NCBI GenBank assembly: GCA_012295275.1
Contig: CM022678.1
Span: forward strand, 9,176,001-9,240,000
Source: Chrysomallon squamiferum
Lineage: Eukaryota > Animalia > Mollusca
Length of the DNA: 64,000 nt
Direction of reading: 5' to 3'
How positions within the stretch are numbered: the stretch's first letter is position 1; the number at the start of each line of letters is the position of its first letter. A model generated the notes under the pieces. It saw only the letters and a list, made by a program, of their open reading frames with translations. It ran no database searches and was not told where the DNA came from. Shown here piece after piece: positions 43,371-57,492 of this stretch. Made by a program: the position numbers and the translations under genes.

Positions 43371-45348
43371 TTAAAAATTTCTTATCTTTCAAGATATATC
43401 TATTAATTATTACATTTATATATATCTGTACTTTTTCATTTTTTTAAATTGTCTCAAGTTTCAGAGTTTGTATCCTAAGTCCTATTATTATGTTCTTTTG
43501 TTATTGTTGTATTATTAATATTATTATTACTGTTTTTATTACTACTACTATTATTTTCATCATCATTATTATGATTATTACCATTATCATTACTATTGTT
43601 ATTATTATTATTAATGGAAGTATTACTATATACTGTCATCATTAATATTATTGTTGTTGTTATTACTGTTTTGCAGGGTAATTTATTTTTATACAAAAAG
43701 GAGATTAGAAAAAGCTATTTTTTTCTTTAATTTAATATGATCAACACAAGAAATAAAATTAATTGTCTGTAATTAGACTTGTTTTTATTTTAAGCATCTT
43801 TTTCTGTTGAATGTGCTCAACACACAGTAAATAAAATAAGTATCTGTAACTGGACTTACTTTTATTCAAACACTTGTTAAATTCATATTAAATGTTAAAT
43901 GTCAGTGTTTGTATTCATAACTATATTAAAACAAACTTTTCATGTTGAATGTGCTCAACACACAGACAAAACAATATCTGAAATAATACTCAATTTGGAA
44001 CAGTAAATTACTATATCTTGTTATTTATTAAGAACTGCAGAAACTCAAGAACACTGAAGAAACATGTTCCATTCGGTTCTTTTTATGGGCAATTTTGTTC
44101 GCAGAAATGGGTCAACCACTGCTAGTCTTGATAAACCACGATGTTTTGAACATACACGGATTCGAATGTATGCTACGCTTTTCAAACCAATTTGAAGTGA
44201 TGCTTGATAACCAGACTATTTTTGTTTTTAATTCGGAAACATTTTACTTGTTGATTATTCAATTTAATAGCATTTTGGAAATATTTCACGAGAATCCAAA
44301 TGGATTCGGATGTTTTATATTTGTGCGAATCCAAGCGTGAATCGGATTCGGAGATGGAAAGAGAATTTACGTTATGGAGAAGCACGAATCAGCTGTTACA
44401 GAAACCATTCTCATGCAGATTGCACCCATTCCGAGTTGTGAGTTTATTTTATTTTATTTTTGTGTCTTAGCGTAAAATAAGTTTTGTAGAAACTGTTTAT
44501 TGATTATAAAACAGCGTAATAATAATCACTTATTTGCTGTTGTATTGTTAATTATTTTATTATTATACGGCATTACTCAGTAAAATTATTTATTAATAAC
44601 AAAGTACATTGATTGATTGAAAATATCCCATAGCCCTTATACTTTTATTTAGTTATTTAGTTATTTATTTATTTTATATTATTTTGTATTATCTCGTTAA
44701 TTACTAAAAAATTTAAATCTTTTATTAAAATGAGTTTGTTTGGCTCTGTTAAAGATTATTTATTTTCTTCATTTTGTACTTTGGAAAATATATGGTTAAC
44801 ATTCAGTTTTAGTGTATATACTGAATGATGTTTTTACCTATGTAAATACAATTTTGTAATTGTCAGTATTTCAGAATGTTACCAAAAAAGAAAGTATTCA
44901 AACACATTCATCCTTCTACTTTGATTATTAACAGATAGCTGAAAAGAAGAAAATAAGTACAGTTAAACATACAAAGGTGTGAATGTACAAGAGAAAGAGA
45001 GAGAGGCTGAAGGAATGGAGAGATAGGGAGAGAGGGAGTTGGAGAATGATATTTGGGGTGCATGTTTTGTATAATTTATCACACAATGTAATAAGACCTC
45101 AGTCTTTACATGCAGCATATTGAACAAGAAATTTTAACATTTTCAGAGTAATTACAACTTTTAACACATTCAGTGAACTTCCATCAGGCACTGAGGACAC
45201 AATTATTTCTGGTTAAATGAAGTTTGTACAGCTGCCATCGCAAAAGAGAAAAACATTTGAGCAGGTGAACTTCTGTTTGTTTTGTTATATATTTCTCATT
45301 ATTCTAAACCTAATTAAGTTTAATTTAATTTAATTTTATATGAAGTTG

Positions 45349-45403
<55 letters not shown>

Positions 45404-46479
45404 GACATGTACATACACACAAATAATATTAGTATTTTGTAAGACACTTCACTTTATACCATGTACATTTGTCTCATGTACCCCCAACACAAAGATATAC
45501 TTACATTCATATAAATGTAATTATTTTGTTGTAAATTTCTATATTATAAAACAAAAGAAGAAGCAGCATGTTTTATAAATATTTTAAAATGTTTAACTTT
45601 TCTGTTACCAGGTTGGAACTGCCAGCCCTTCAGATAGTGTCACTGTTCCTGTGATGAAAGACATACTAAAAGACATAGGAGATGAATGTACTGCAGCTGT
45701 TGTCTGAAGTCTGAGTTGTCATGGTTTGCTAAATAACACAATTTTTTGTAAATAAAATAATGAATCACATGGCAACTTTAAAATTTAGCATAAACTGATA
45801 AAGTAAGTTTATGAATCTTGTTTAGAGACAAGTGGGGATTTTTGGGGGATTTTTTTATTTTATATTTCGCAATCAACAAAATTCATATTTTATTATTATG
45901 TCTGGGTTTTTTTGTTTTAAATTTAATTTGTACAGAAAATAATTCATGATCTCTCTCAGTCTGTCTGTCTGTCTGTCAGTTATCACATCCTTATCATCCA
46001 CCTTAACATCTTTTACTGTGTTATTAAATATTAATTGTCTCATCATTATTTATTTTTTCTTCAGATATATGTTTGGACAATGGATTAGGAATAGCTAATT
46101 CATTATATAATCTATGCCTCACCAAAACATTCTGAGAACAGCATCTTCCATCAATTTTTTCCATTTCATCTACGAGGATCTCCTGTACACATGAGACAGT
46201 ATATGAGAAAACCTCTTAGCCTTTCTCACAGAGCTGTTCTTCTGGTTTGAAATGATAAAACTGACAGAGACAGGACAGCTGCTGAATGATCAGGAAGCAG
46301 AAAGTAAGTTTTGTGAGAGTTTTTAATTACATTGCAAGTCCACAATTGTATTATCTTTTATTATATGAATTTATGAAATTTATTATTGTACTGGAAACAT
46401 TGGGATTTTGTCATATTCAGTTTTAGTGTTTATACTGGAGGGGTGTAGCAATACTGATATCAAAAGAATGTCTTTAGAA

Positions 46480-47500
46480 GTTTACCTTTAATAGTTGCAA
46501 CACTGAAGGCAGGATTTTAAAAGTTAATATTAAAATAGATGACGATGAATATAGTTTTATAAGTGTATATGTGCCAAATAATATTGAAGTAAGAATTTTA
46601 TTTTTTAAAGGATTATGTAAATTTGTGGATTTTAAAAATACAGTAACGGCAGGAGATTTTAATGAAATTTTAGATCCTAATTTAGATTTAGGCAATAATA
46701 ATAAAACTTTTAGTATGAAAAGTAGTAATGAATTACAGTCAGTTATTTATAATTATAATTAGATAAAAGACAATTTACAAGATCTCAAATTGTTGAAAAA
46801 ACTATAAATCAGTCAAGAATTAATTTATTTTTAATTTCTAGAAATTTATTACAGTTTATAAGTAATGTATACATATCCTATACGTCAGTTAATGATAATA
46901 AGGTTTTATCTCTGAAAATAGATTTTTCTAGTGTAGAGAGAGGACAAGGTATTTGGATCTTTTAATAATGAATTGTTAAAGATGAAATTTTTTGTAAAGT
47001 TCTTGTTGAAGTAATTAATAATGCTTCTGAGTGTCCTTTGTTACAAACTGAACCTGTTGTTTGATCAAATAACATAAAATATAAAACATTTTGCACTAAA
47101 TAAGAGAAAATTAGTCAACGAGAAATACTATGATATACAAAATGCTTTAAAATGAGAATATCCTAAATAAGCTGTAAATAAGCATCATGATTTGAGTAAC
47201 ATACAAAGAAGAAAAGTTAAAATTAATTGAGAGATTAAGTGTAATGGTGCTATTTTAAGACCTAAAGCTCAATAGAACCTAGATATGGATAGAAATACAT
47301 TGTTTTTTTTTCTGAATTCAGAAAAATTAATCACTAATCAAATTCTATTAAAGAACTTAAAAGAGTAAATGGATTAATTAGAAAAATGGAAGATATATTA
47401 GAATATGCTTATGAATTTTTTTCAAAATTATTTTCACAAAAAAATGTATGTACTGTTTTAATTTTAATTATTTTTGTACAACTATTGATTATTTCAATAA
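46480..47500 (+). mobile_element. Duplicated copy of the same L1/Tx1-type LINE fragment
   Basis: VYVPNNIE...AGDFNEILDPNLD (ORF 46571-46762) and GQGIWIFNNELLKDE; same position relative to the CAMSAP exons as in the left arm. Confidence 0.85.
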
Positions 47501-47544
47501 AGTTAAAAAAAAAGAGAGAAGATTTTGTCGCAAAGGTTTGTTGT

Positions 47545-47975
47545 GTTCCAGGAGCAGTCCTGCATGGAGGACTAATAATGCTATTTCCCAATCTAGCTCC
47601 TGATCTGTGCCTGATATACCTAAGAACATATATATGTTGTTGGTTTTTTCTGGGGGGGGTTCTGTGGAAAGACATATACTAAAAATAGATTTTTTTTTTT
47701 TTGTGGCTTGTTTAAAAAAGGTGCACAAACAGCTTTTCTTTTTCATTAGCTGTATTGTTATTTACCTTTTATGATAAAGGTTCCAGGATCAGTTTTCATG
47801 GAGGACTAATAATGCTATTTCCCAATCTAGCTGCTGATGTGTGATATATCATAATAAATGATTTTTTTTCTGTTTTTGCATTTCTGTGGAAAGATATATG
47901 TTAGAAATATATTTTTAGTTACTGTTCAAAAAAGGTGTCACTTCATTAGCTGTTTCGTTATTTACCTTTTAAGAT
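47545..47975. repeat. ~235-bp local tandem duplication, right arm only
   Basis: catggaggactaataatgctatttcccaatctagct occurs at ~47563 and ~47797; both units end in ttcattagctgt...ttatttacctttta. Confidence 0.85.
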
Positions 47976-48432
47976 AGAAAGAACTAGTAAAAAAAAAAAA
48001 AGTCGGTGTATATTCTTAAATAAAATATTTCTTCTTTATTTCAGATTTGTTGCATTTTAGCAGAATTTATGTTTATCAATTATCAGGTTATAATGACATA
48101 TGTTTAAAAGATACTGATTTTTCAACAAACATTCATTTGTATCAGTAAATGGCATTTATATACATATAACAGCAAATAATGTTACTAATAAAAATAATAA
48201 AAAAATGAAATTATATTTGTTTTTACTTTTTCAGACATATATCACAAAACAGACAAATGTTGTTACCTAAACAACAGAATGGGACACACACAGACAGCAG
48301 AACAGACAGAGAAGTTTCTCAAAAAACTGGTATGAAAAACTCGCACATTAACTAACCTGATTGATTATACATTCTTCTTAGTTTTTCTATTGGCAATATA
48401 TTCTCAATAATAAAAATAAAAAAGCGAATTAG

Positions 48433-48783
48433 AGCAAGGAGAGTCTATAATAATAAGTAAAGTAATAGTAGTATACAAATAGCTTGATAACTTAGCAAGG
48501 AGAGTCTATAATAATAAGTAAAGTAATTTGATAACTTAGCAAGGAGAGTCTATAATAATAAGTAAAGTAATTGTAGTATACAAATAGCTTGATAATTTAG
48601 CAAGGAGACTCCATAATAATAAGTAAAGTAATTGTAGTATACAAATAGCTTGATAACTTAGCAAGGAGAGTCTATAATAATAAGTAAAGTAATAGTAGTA
48701 TACAAATAGCTTGATAACTTAGCAAGGAGAGTCTATAATAATAAGTAAAGTAATTGTAGTATACAGATACCTTGATAAGTTAG
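48433..48783. repeat. 61-bp minisatellite, 6 copies (one shortened to 44 bp), right arm only
   Basis: agcaaggagagtctataataataagtaaagtaat... starts at 48433, 48494, 48538, 48599, 48660 and 48721. Confidence 0.95.
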
Positions 48784-50569
48784 TATTCTTCCATATTTCT
48801 ATATTTCCATTAGCATTGTTTTATTTCTTTTTAGCTGATATTTGTACTAGAAATAATCAAAACCATTTATTGTTTTGTTTTCAACTTGCCAGAATACAGT
48901 CAGCTTTATTTTTTGTTTTGATTTGAAAGTTTAAAAATTAATTTTGCTTTTGTTTTTACTACAATTTAGTGATTCTTAGAATTTGGTATGTTTATAATTT
49001 AGTAATTTCAAAAAAAAAGATAAGAAATGTCATCAAAGAATCGGTACTAACCTGGCAGAAACAGAAGCATCTGCAGAGGTTGTTGTTGTTGTTATAGTAA
49101 CAGCAGTAATAGTAGTACAACCCATTGTTGTTGTAGTAGTGTTAGTACTTAATAATAATAGTTCTTGTTTGTTGTAATAGGTGATATTTTAGCCGATGAT
49201 GCTTTGTGATCATAATGTATCTTGTGTGACTAATGGTCAGAAAAATGCTAGCTGTACTCATAGTACTAGTTGTAGTAGTAGTAGAAGTATTAATAATAAT
49301 TTTGTTGTTGCAGTAGTAGAAGTATTAATAATAATTTTGTTGTTGCAGTAGTAGAAGTAATAGAGGGATTGTGAGTATATGACAGTTAAATGAGAAATTG
49401 TTATGTTAAAAGTAAAAAGAAAAGTAGCTGTGGCAACAGGAGCAGTAGTTGTAGTAGTAGTAGTTGTTGTTTTTGTTTTTGTTGTAGTAATTATAAAATA
49501 ATAGATTTCTTTGTTGAATTGGGGGAAAAAGAAAGAAAACTGATTAATTCTTTATTTAATATTCTATTTGTGGGTTTTAAAAAAAAAAAATTAATATCTG
49601 ATTCAGTATTTTATTGATTGATTGATTTATTTATTGATTTATTTATCTGCTCAGAGGAGGCACCCACCAATCAGAATCAGACCAGTGAGTTGTCCACTTT
49701 CTTGTTTAATGTTGTGTCAAAGTTTTGCCGATGAGCAGCTCAATTTTGGTGACTTTGAGCCCCACAGACACTGCAGCCGACCATGTTGAACTACAACGAT
49801 TCTGACAGCATGAAGTTGAAGAGTGTTACACCAGGTGACCAACCTCAACAGTCAAATGTCATGGAGAAAAACTTGAACCTTTAATGTACAGCTGAGCTAA
49901 AACCAGCCAGAGGACAACATCTCCAACAAAGCCTAAGAAACTTCCTCAAACATCACAGCTGATACATTTCCAGTGAAGGGGAGATAACTGGAAGCCACTG
50001 TTTCTCTGAGTCTCAAAACCAGATGAACCACTAAGTGTCATTTCAGTGTCTGATACTCCACTAACACAAGGATAACTGAAAATTATGTAGGTCAAGGTCA
50101 AGGTGAGGGTAAAGGACATATGTCATTTTACATTAACCTTGATGTTTACATTAATCCTAAGAAACAGAATTCAGAAAACACTTTGATCAGAAGTTGCAAA
50201 TAATCTGAACTTGATTTCCAACTGCTGTTGTGTAAGAAATTTCCACAAAGAAAATGTATTGATACATTAAATAAAATGTATATTGATTGATTTACACAGC
50301 ATTAGAATTTCCTTGTCTGTGTTTCTGTAATATGAAAAGTAAAGTAATGTATGATCTCTAAAATTTCAAATAACAGAGAAATAATTGTCTTTTATCACGT
50401 TATAGTCAGGAAATGTTTTGTTTTGTATTTTTATTGTTAAAAAGGTTTATTTAAAAATTTTAAGTAGAGAAATATATAATTAGATAAAAAAATTTAACTA
50501 TAACCATTTATTGTATTTTTATGCATGTATTTTGTTATATGCTTATACAACTCAGTTTTTTCTATGTTC

Positions 50570-53500
50570 AGTATTTCAGAAACTGTGATTGCTTGTTGCT
50601 GAAAATTGAAATCCTTCTTCAGCATTTTGATCTGCATTTTCACTGGATTCAGAGGTTAGTTGTTTTTGTTTTTTTATTTAGTTTATAAGAATGACGATCC
50701 TTAAGTATCACAGATATATGGTTTATTTTAATTATAAATCTTGTTTGATATAAAATTTAGCTTCAAAGAATGATCAGATACAATTTTCTTTTTCTGATTT
50801 TTTTCTTTTTTTTTCACAGATGCCAATTTTGTTTTATCAAGAATGTCAGAATTATCTGAAAAACAGCTGAAACCACTTTCCTCTGGTATGTAGCAAAAGT
50901 TTTAATTCTCTATAACATTTGTAAGGAATTTAAAGTATGCAATAATTAAGTAGCCTAAAATTATCAAGGATTGGGGAAAATAATGAAAAATGAAAAGATA
51001 AAATCATGAAAAAATATTTATTATTAGACAGGGACCTTCATTAAATGGATTATTTATTTATTTATGATTTCAGTTTATTGTTTTTCTTCTTACTGTCATC
51101 ATTATTATCATTAATATAATTTATTTATCTGTTCTTAATCATCATCATCATTATTGTTATTTTTATTTTGTTATTGTTATTATTATAAAGATTTGTTTAT
51201 GACTTCTGTGATGATGGCTAAATATGATTGTTTTTTAAATTTCAGTATATCACATATTTTTGTTATTTCACACAGTTCTCTGGTGTGAGACACTACAAGT
51301 CTACCTGTCTGTGAAGATTTCTGGTGAAACATTGGCTGACTACAATCTGAACAAACTGGAGGAAGGATCCCAGTTCTGTTATAAAATCTTCATTTACATC
51401 AGGTACTGCCCTTTTTGTTACACCTTGTTGTATTTGATTTAGATTCTTGAGAAAAATAGTTTTAATGTTATTCTATTGACAGAGATAACAGTAAAATGAT
51501 AGCAGCAATTCATTTATGAATGTTGTATTTTGGAAATACAGATTTTTAAAATAGTTTTAAAATAAAATATTATAAATGGCTATTCATTTTTATGATTTTT
51601 TTGTTATTCTTATTATCTTATTTAAAGGGTATACGTGTCCAAGCAAAGAATTAGTTTTTAATTGTGTTTGTGACAGTAACTTGGTTTTCAAAAGAAAAGT
51701 GAATGTTCTAAATTATAATATATTGGGTTTTAAAGTCAAATGTTAATAGTGGGACAGACCTATAAAGTTTTAGTAAAAAAAAAAGTACTTTTTACTTGTT
51801 TGGAAATGAAAGTGAATCATTTTAATTTTTAATTTTTCAGGAAGAAAACAATTTTATATTTAACCTTTTCAACTTCCCTTTAATGTAAAAATATTAATTA
51901 ATCTAGGATAAAAAGTTGCAGTATTTATAACACTAATTTAAGTTTGAAACTGCTTGTACATAATACAAAAAAATAATGTGTTAATCATGGTAAACGGAAA
52001 CAACTCACACACACAGAAAAAAAATGTTAACAAAAAAACAAAACATAAAACAAAAACTAAACAACAAACTAGCAATTTTTATTTTATTTTGTTCTCAAAA
52101 CATTTTCACACTTTCAGAAAAGAGAAAAAGGTCACAGAAGTGCTAATGGTAGAAGATGAGGGAGAATTTTCCAGACTTGTACTCTGACATGCAGAGCTGG
52201 TGTGTTGTGTGTGCAGTCTACAGGTGACCAGTTCATCTGAGTTTTGTTTCTTTCTTTTATTAATTCACAAACTTAAACTTTATTTTACACACTGACTTCT
52301 TTTTATCAGGACGACTTTTGTTTATTTATAATAATAATAATAATTTTTAAAATAATAAGAAATTAAATAGTACAATAGTATGTTAATTGTTTAAAAACGT
52401 CAAACGTGACTAGCCAGCATGATATGAGTCAGATATCACATTGTGTAGTTTTAGTAATGAAATTAAGGTAAAGGGCAGTAAACTGTAGATTGTATGACAG
52501 CCTTCCTCTCATTCCTCAATACCAGCACATCATGTAAAGAAGTCAAAAGAGTGCACACATTTTCCAAACTAACTTTCAGCTACAAGCACAGATTTTTGTG
52601 AAAGCCTTGAATTGTGCATAATAAGAAAATGTTTTAAATGATAATAATGCTGAAAATGTTGAAGCATTAATATGAGATTATTTTATGTATATGCAAATGT
52701 TTTAATGTGATAAAAAATACAGCTGAAGACTTTTAAAATAGTGGTGATGTCTTTTCTTCTCAATCAACATCTCATTTTATAATTTTATGTTTTTATGTTG
52801 TTTAATGAGTATTAAATTACTTCTGTTGAATCAGGTATTTCTAGTTTAATACATTCAGGGAAAAAAATTAATATTTTGTGAATTTCTTTTAAAAAAAAAA
52901 TAAACTGTTGTACCCAAACAAAATAGATACTGTCTTCAAACATCAGGACATTCTTCACTGAACCTATTAATATGGAATAGTTGTTGCCATGGAAAATGTT
53001 TAAAAGTTAATAATTGTCATTTAATAGAGTTTTTCCAGAAACTGATTAAACACTTTGATTCAGGTAGTAGAAATATCATCCTGAATGAAACAATTCCAGT
53101 GAAAGTCTGTCTCTCGTGTATCATTGATGTAACTGTGGAAGTCAGATTTCTAATATTTCTTAATAAGTGATTTTTAAAAAAAGACAACTATTTCAATGAA
53201 CAATAGTACAATATGATGCTACTTTATATTTTCAATTAAGTTGATGCATAATATAGATAAGAAAGTTTTGAAGCAGTAAATTAATATTAGCCTAGCAGCA
53301 AAAAGTCAAAAAGCCTTAATCTGAATTCTTCACATGAAAGAATTGTTGGGTCAAGAAACATGTTTTTGCTGGTATGATCTATATTTATATGTTAAATAAA
53401 TAAATTAACTTCTCTGTGTGTGTGTGTGTGTGTATTTATGTACGTTTGTATATTTAATGCGTGCCTCTGATTGAAGTATTTATGTGAAACAACCTGACAT

Positions 53501-53855
53501 CATTGATTTTAATGATATATTTATTTTGTTGCTGTTTCGGTATTTTATTAAAAGATATTTTAAATGTTTAAACAAATTATTATAAAATTATTTTTCAAAA
53601 ATTATTTCTTTCTGTATTAATTCTTCTCCTTCCATCATCATCTTACAATAGCTACAGGTATTGTTGACAGTTAACTATTTAAAAAATGTAAAACAATACA
53701 ATTTGTTCATGTGTTACTTTATTGCAATAAAAATTATTATTCTGATTAATATTAGACCAGTAGATATGTTTACTATTATTATTTTAATTACTATTCTTAT
53801 TGCTAATATCACAATTATTACAATTGTTGCGGGTCGTGGTTGTTGTTGTTGTTGA

Positions 53856-53889
<34 letters not shown>

Positions 53890-55289
53890 CTTTTCTTCTT
53901 CTTCTTCTTCTTATTATTATTATTATTATTATTACTTTATTTTTATTTTATTTTTTTAGGATGGTTTTATGGAGTTCATGTGAAAGCAGAAATGAAAATC
54001 CATGGCCAAGTTTGATGAAGATTTGAGTTTTTGCTATCAAAGTTTTGATAGTTGATGCCAGACTGATTCAGAAATCATGAAACAGATGCTGGATTCAGTT
54101 CTGCCTCTTTTTTCAGTCAGTCACAGCAGTGAGAAAAATGTTTGACCAGACACAGCACCAAGTACAGCCAAGTCTTCAGCAGACTTAAACAAGAACAAAT
54201 ATTTCAAATGATACTAATGAGTGAGAAAAGTAAAAACATTCAGACAATACATGATAGGGAAAATGATGTTTATTTCAAAGTGTATTTCAAACAATGATGA
54301 AAAATATGAGATTAATTCTTATGATACAAATTTGAAAAGAAGATGAATATGATTGATCTTAGAAATCATTGATTTCTTGTTTTAAACAAAACAAACAAAC
54401 AAAAGTTTTATAATAAAAAGCGTTCATTTCTTGGAAGATTTTTTTTATTTGTTTTATATTATTATTATTTTTAAAATATATTTCTTGTTTCGTGTTTTTA
54501 ACAGTGGTTTGTTTTTTTTCCATTTTTTTTTTTTTTTTTTGATTTTCAAAGAATAATCTACTTAATCACATAACCCAAATATAAAATACCAACTCTTGTG
54601 GTAAAGATTTACCCAGTAAAAGTATGTTAATAAAATACAAAATGGAAGGAAATATGTAAACTTATATATGTATGTATTTGTTGTTTGGAAGATAAACTCA
54701 GTAATTAGAAATTTAGTTAATTAGTAATTTGCAGATTATTTATCTGTCAAATTAGATATTAATTTAAAATATTTTTTTGTAAACAAATGTCTTGGTATTC
54801 TTTTTTTATTTCATGTATATTTTATTAATATAGTTTTACTGGATAAATCAGAAATCTTATAACTTTTAGAAGTTTTTCTAAAATCATATTTTTCATATGA
54901 AAAAGTATTTTTGTTGAATTAAATATTACAAATTATTTTGTTTTCAATTATAAAATTTTAGCTAGCATTATCATAATGGAGAAACAAATTTCTATTTACT
55001 AGGATAATTTTTATTTATATTGTTTTGATATATTAACCCATAATCATAAATTCTTCTGTTACAATTATTTTAAGTAAATTTATTTAAATGGATAAATTCA
55101 TAGGTATTTTAATTAGAAGGTCTATAAGATAATTTGAATTTTCCGTTTCTGAAATGTGTTGTAACATAGAAAATAAAATGAAAAATCAAAGTCTAGTTTA
55201 AACTGTTAGAAAATTAAATAATTTAGTCTTATCCATGTCTATTTATAGTTTCCCTGCAGATGTATAAAAGCTGCAAATCCTCTCAACAG
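50570..55289 (+). pseudogene. Unidentified decayed exons downstream of the CAMSAP fragment (mirrored at ~13086-19130 on the minus strand)
   Basis: Acceptor/donor-bounded blocks at about 51275-51402, 52118-52240, 53960-54200 (GWFYGVHVKAEMKIHGQV**RFEFLLSKF**LMPD*FRNHETDAGFSS) and 55260-55289 (30-nt exon, CTGCAG...CAG/GTAAAT, identical in both arms). Confidence 0.5.
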
Positions 55290-56617
55290 GTAAATAAAAT
55301 GATGTAATTTTATCTTGTATGTGTTCATAACTTGGAATCACACCTGTAGGTACCACTAAGAACTACATCGATCATTCTGAGATCAAGTATGAATAAAGTA
55401 ACGTTGGATCTTGTTTATAGGACTCTAGTACATATGGAATATAGTTGATTTGGGATACAGTATTTGTGGATATGGTAGATATAGGATATAGAAGTTTTGG
55501 ATATAGGAGATACAGTGCAGCAGATAATATACTACAACAGTTCATTTAAATGAATGTGTTCATATTTGAAAGTATTGTATTATTTATTTTTGTTTCTTTA
55601 TTAACTTGACTATTTACTGTTATAATTATCACATTAAAATTATCATTATTATCAAAACATACCAGAGACATTGCAGATAAATAAATAAATAAAAATGTTA
55701 ATGTGAACACACAAACCCTAAACACACAGAGACTTAAATATGTGTCCAACAGTCTATTCAGCTGTATTGCAAATATTTCTGTTTACACAGTGGATTTCAT
55801 GAAATTTCTTGTTTTAATTTCACTTTAAAGTACAGTAAGAGTGCAATATTTTTACATCACTCTGGCATCAAGAATTCAACAAGAAAACGCAAAATGTGCG
55901 CCCTAAGTATTATAACAGTGTTCTAATAAGTGTTGTTTATTTTATAATTCTGCTGTAGGGGGATAACTCTGGAGGATGTAGTTAGAGTGTACAACAGAGG
56001 TCGGCTAGAAAAACGAGAACAAACGTGGCCTGTGTTAATTTGTCAGTGTGAAGTGTGACGGGCTTCGTACTCGCTTCTCTTTTGTTTTGTGGGGTTTTGT
56101 TGGTGCTTTATTTATTTTTTTAAAACTAAATTTGGCTGAAATCGGTTAAGTATTTTAGATATTTAATTGTTTGCTGTATCTTTGTGTCATAACAAATTGC
56201 AGTCATTGTTTAAGAAGTGATTCTATTTAAATTGTTCTTTTCTTCTGCAAGTTACTTTCTAAATCAGAATTAGCGTTTTGATAGCTGAACGGGATTTCGA
56301 ATCAGTGCCGTTACAAAAGATCCGGACTAATAAAAGACCGGTTTTGACAGAGTCCATTATATAATTTAAAAACTGAATCAATGTTTTATGTCTAACAGGC
56401 TTGAAGAAAGTCACTGATGAGATTATTAAATTTAGTTCATAATCTATTACCAGCTACTCCACAGTTTCTTTTTATTCCACTCAGTTCTCGAAAAAAAGTT
56501 AAATAGCAGGAAGAAATATTTATATATATATATTTTTAACTACAAGGCATTTGTTAAATTTTAATTTTAAAAATTTTAAATTTCTACAAGCTCTCTACAA
56601 ACAAATAATAATAATAA

Positions 56618-56659
<42 letters not shown>

Positions 56660-57252
56660 GTAAAAAATAACAACAACAAATTTAACATAAATAATATATA
56701 TCTGTAAATATTACATAGATCATTTGTCTTTATTTATTTATTTCCTGGAGAATAAAGATGGAGTACTTATGTATGTGTTTTGTCGCAGTTATATAAAACT
56801 TGGGATTTAGATTATTCATTGTTATAACATGCGTACAACAGAGTCCTGTACAACTTAACATAATATAATGTAATATAATGTAATGTAATGTAATATAATA
56901 TAATGTATGGAAACGTAAAAACAGAATATAAGTTTCACATTAACTTCCGTTTTTTCTCGTAAAAATTATAAAAGCGCACTTTACAAAAATAGATCTGGGA
57001 ATTTCCAAATGATATTCGAGACTGAACGTTTTCTGTGTGAGTAGACTGTACAAACGAGTTTTATCACTGCTGAAGAAAAATCTGAAAAAGAACAAAATTC
57101 ACTTAGCGAGACCGTAACATATTTATTTATCTATTTATTTATTCTTTTGTTAATTGATTTATCTTGTCTACATATTTGTCTGAAAAGCGTGCACTATCTC
57201 TTTTTGATTTTTGTCTTAATAATAGTATTATTTCTATTACTTCTACTATTAC

Positions 57253-57311
<59 letters not shown>

Positions 57312-57454
57312 GTAATAATAGTAATAATAATAATAATGGTAATAATAGTAATAATAATAATAATTGTTTGATTACATTGGACTGTGTACAAGTTGATTTT
57401 AGATTTTAGATTCTTTGAAATAAATACTTTACAAAATAACAGAACAGTTTAGCA

Positions 57455-57492
<38 letters not shown>

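Larger units (their letters stand above)
44357..50100 (+). pseudogene. CAMSAP: CAMSAP/patronin unprocessed pseudogene fragment, right copy (more decayed)
   Basis: Exons ~44357-44437 (IYVMEKHESAVTETILMQ), 45147-45264 (ITTFNTFSELPSGTEDT/FWLNEVC), 45612-45723 (VPVMKDILKDIGDEC), 46065-46303 (DICLDNGLGIANSLYNL...F*E...EDLLYT*DSI*ENLLAFLTELFFWFE) and ~49654-50100. The HIALIDALM exon is deleted. Confidence 0.88.
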
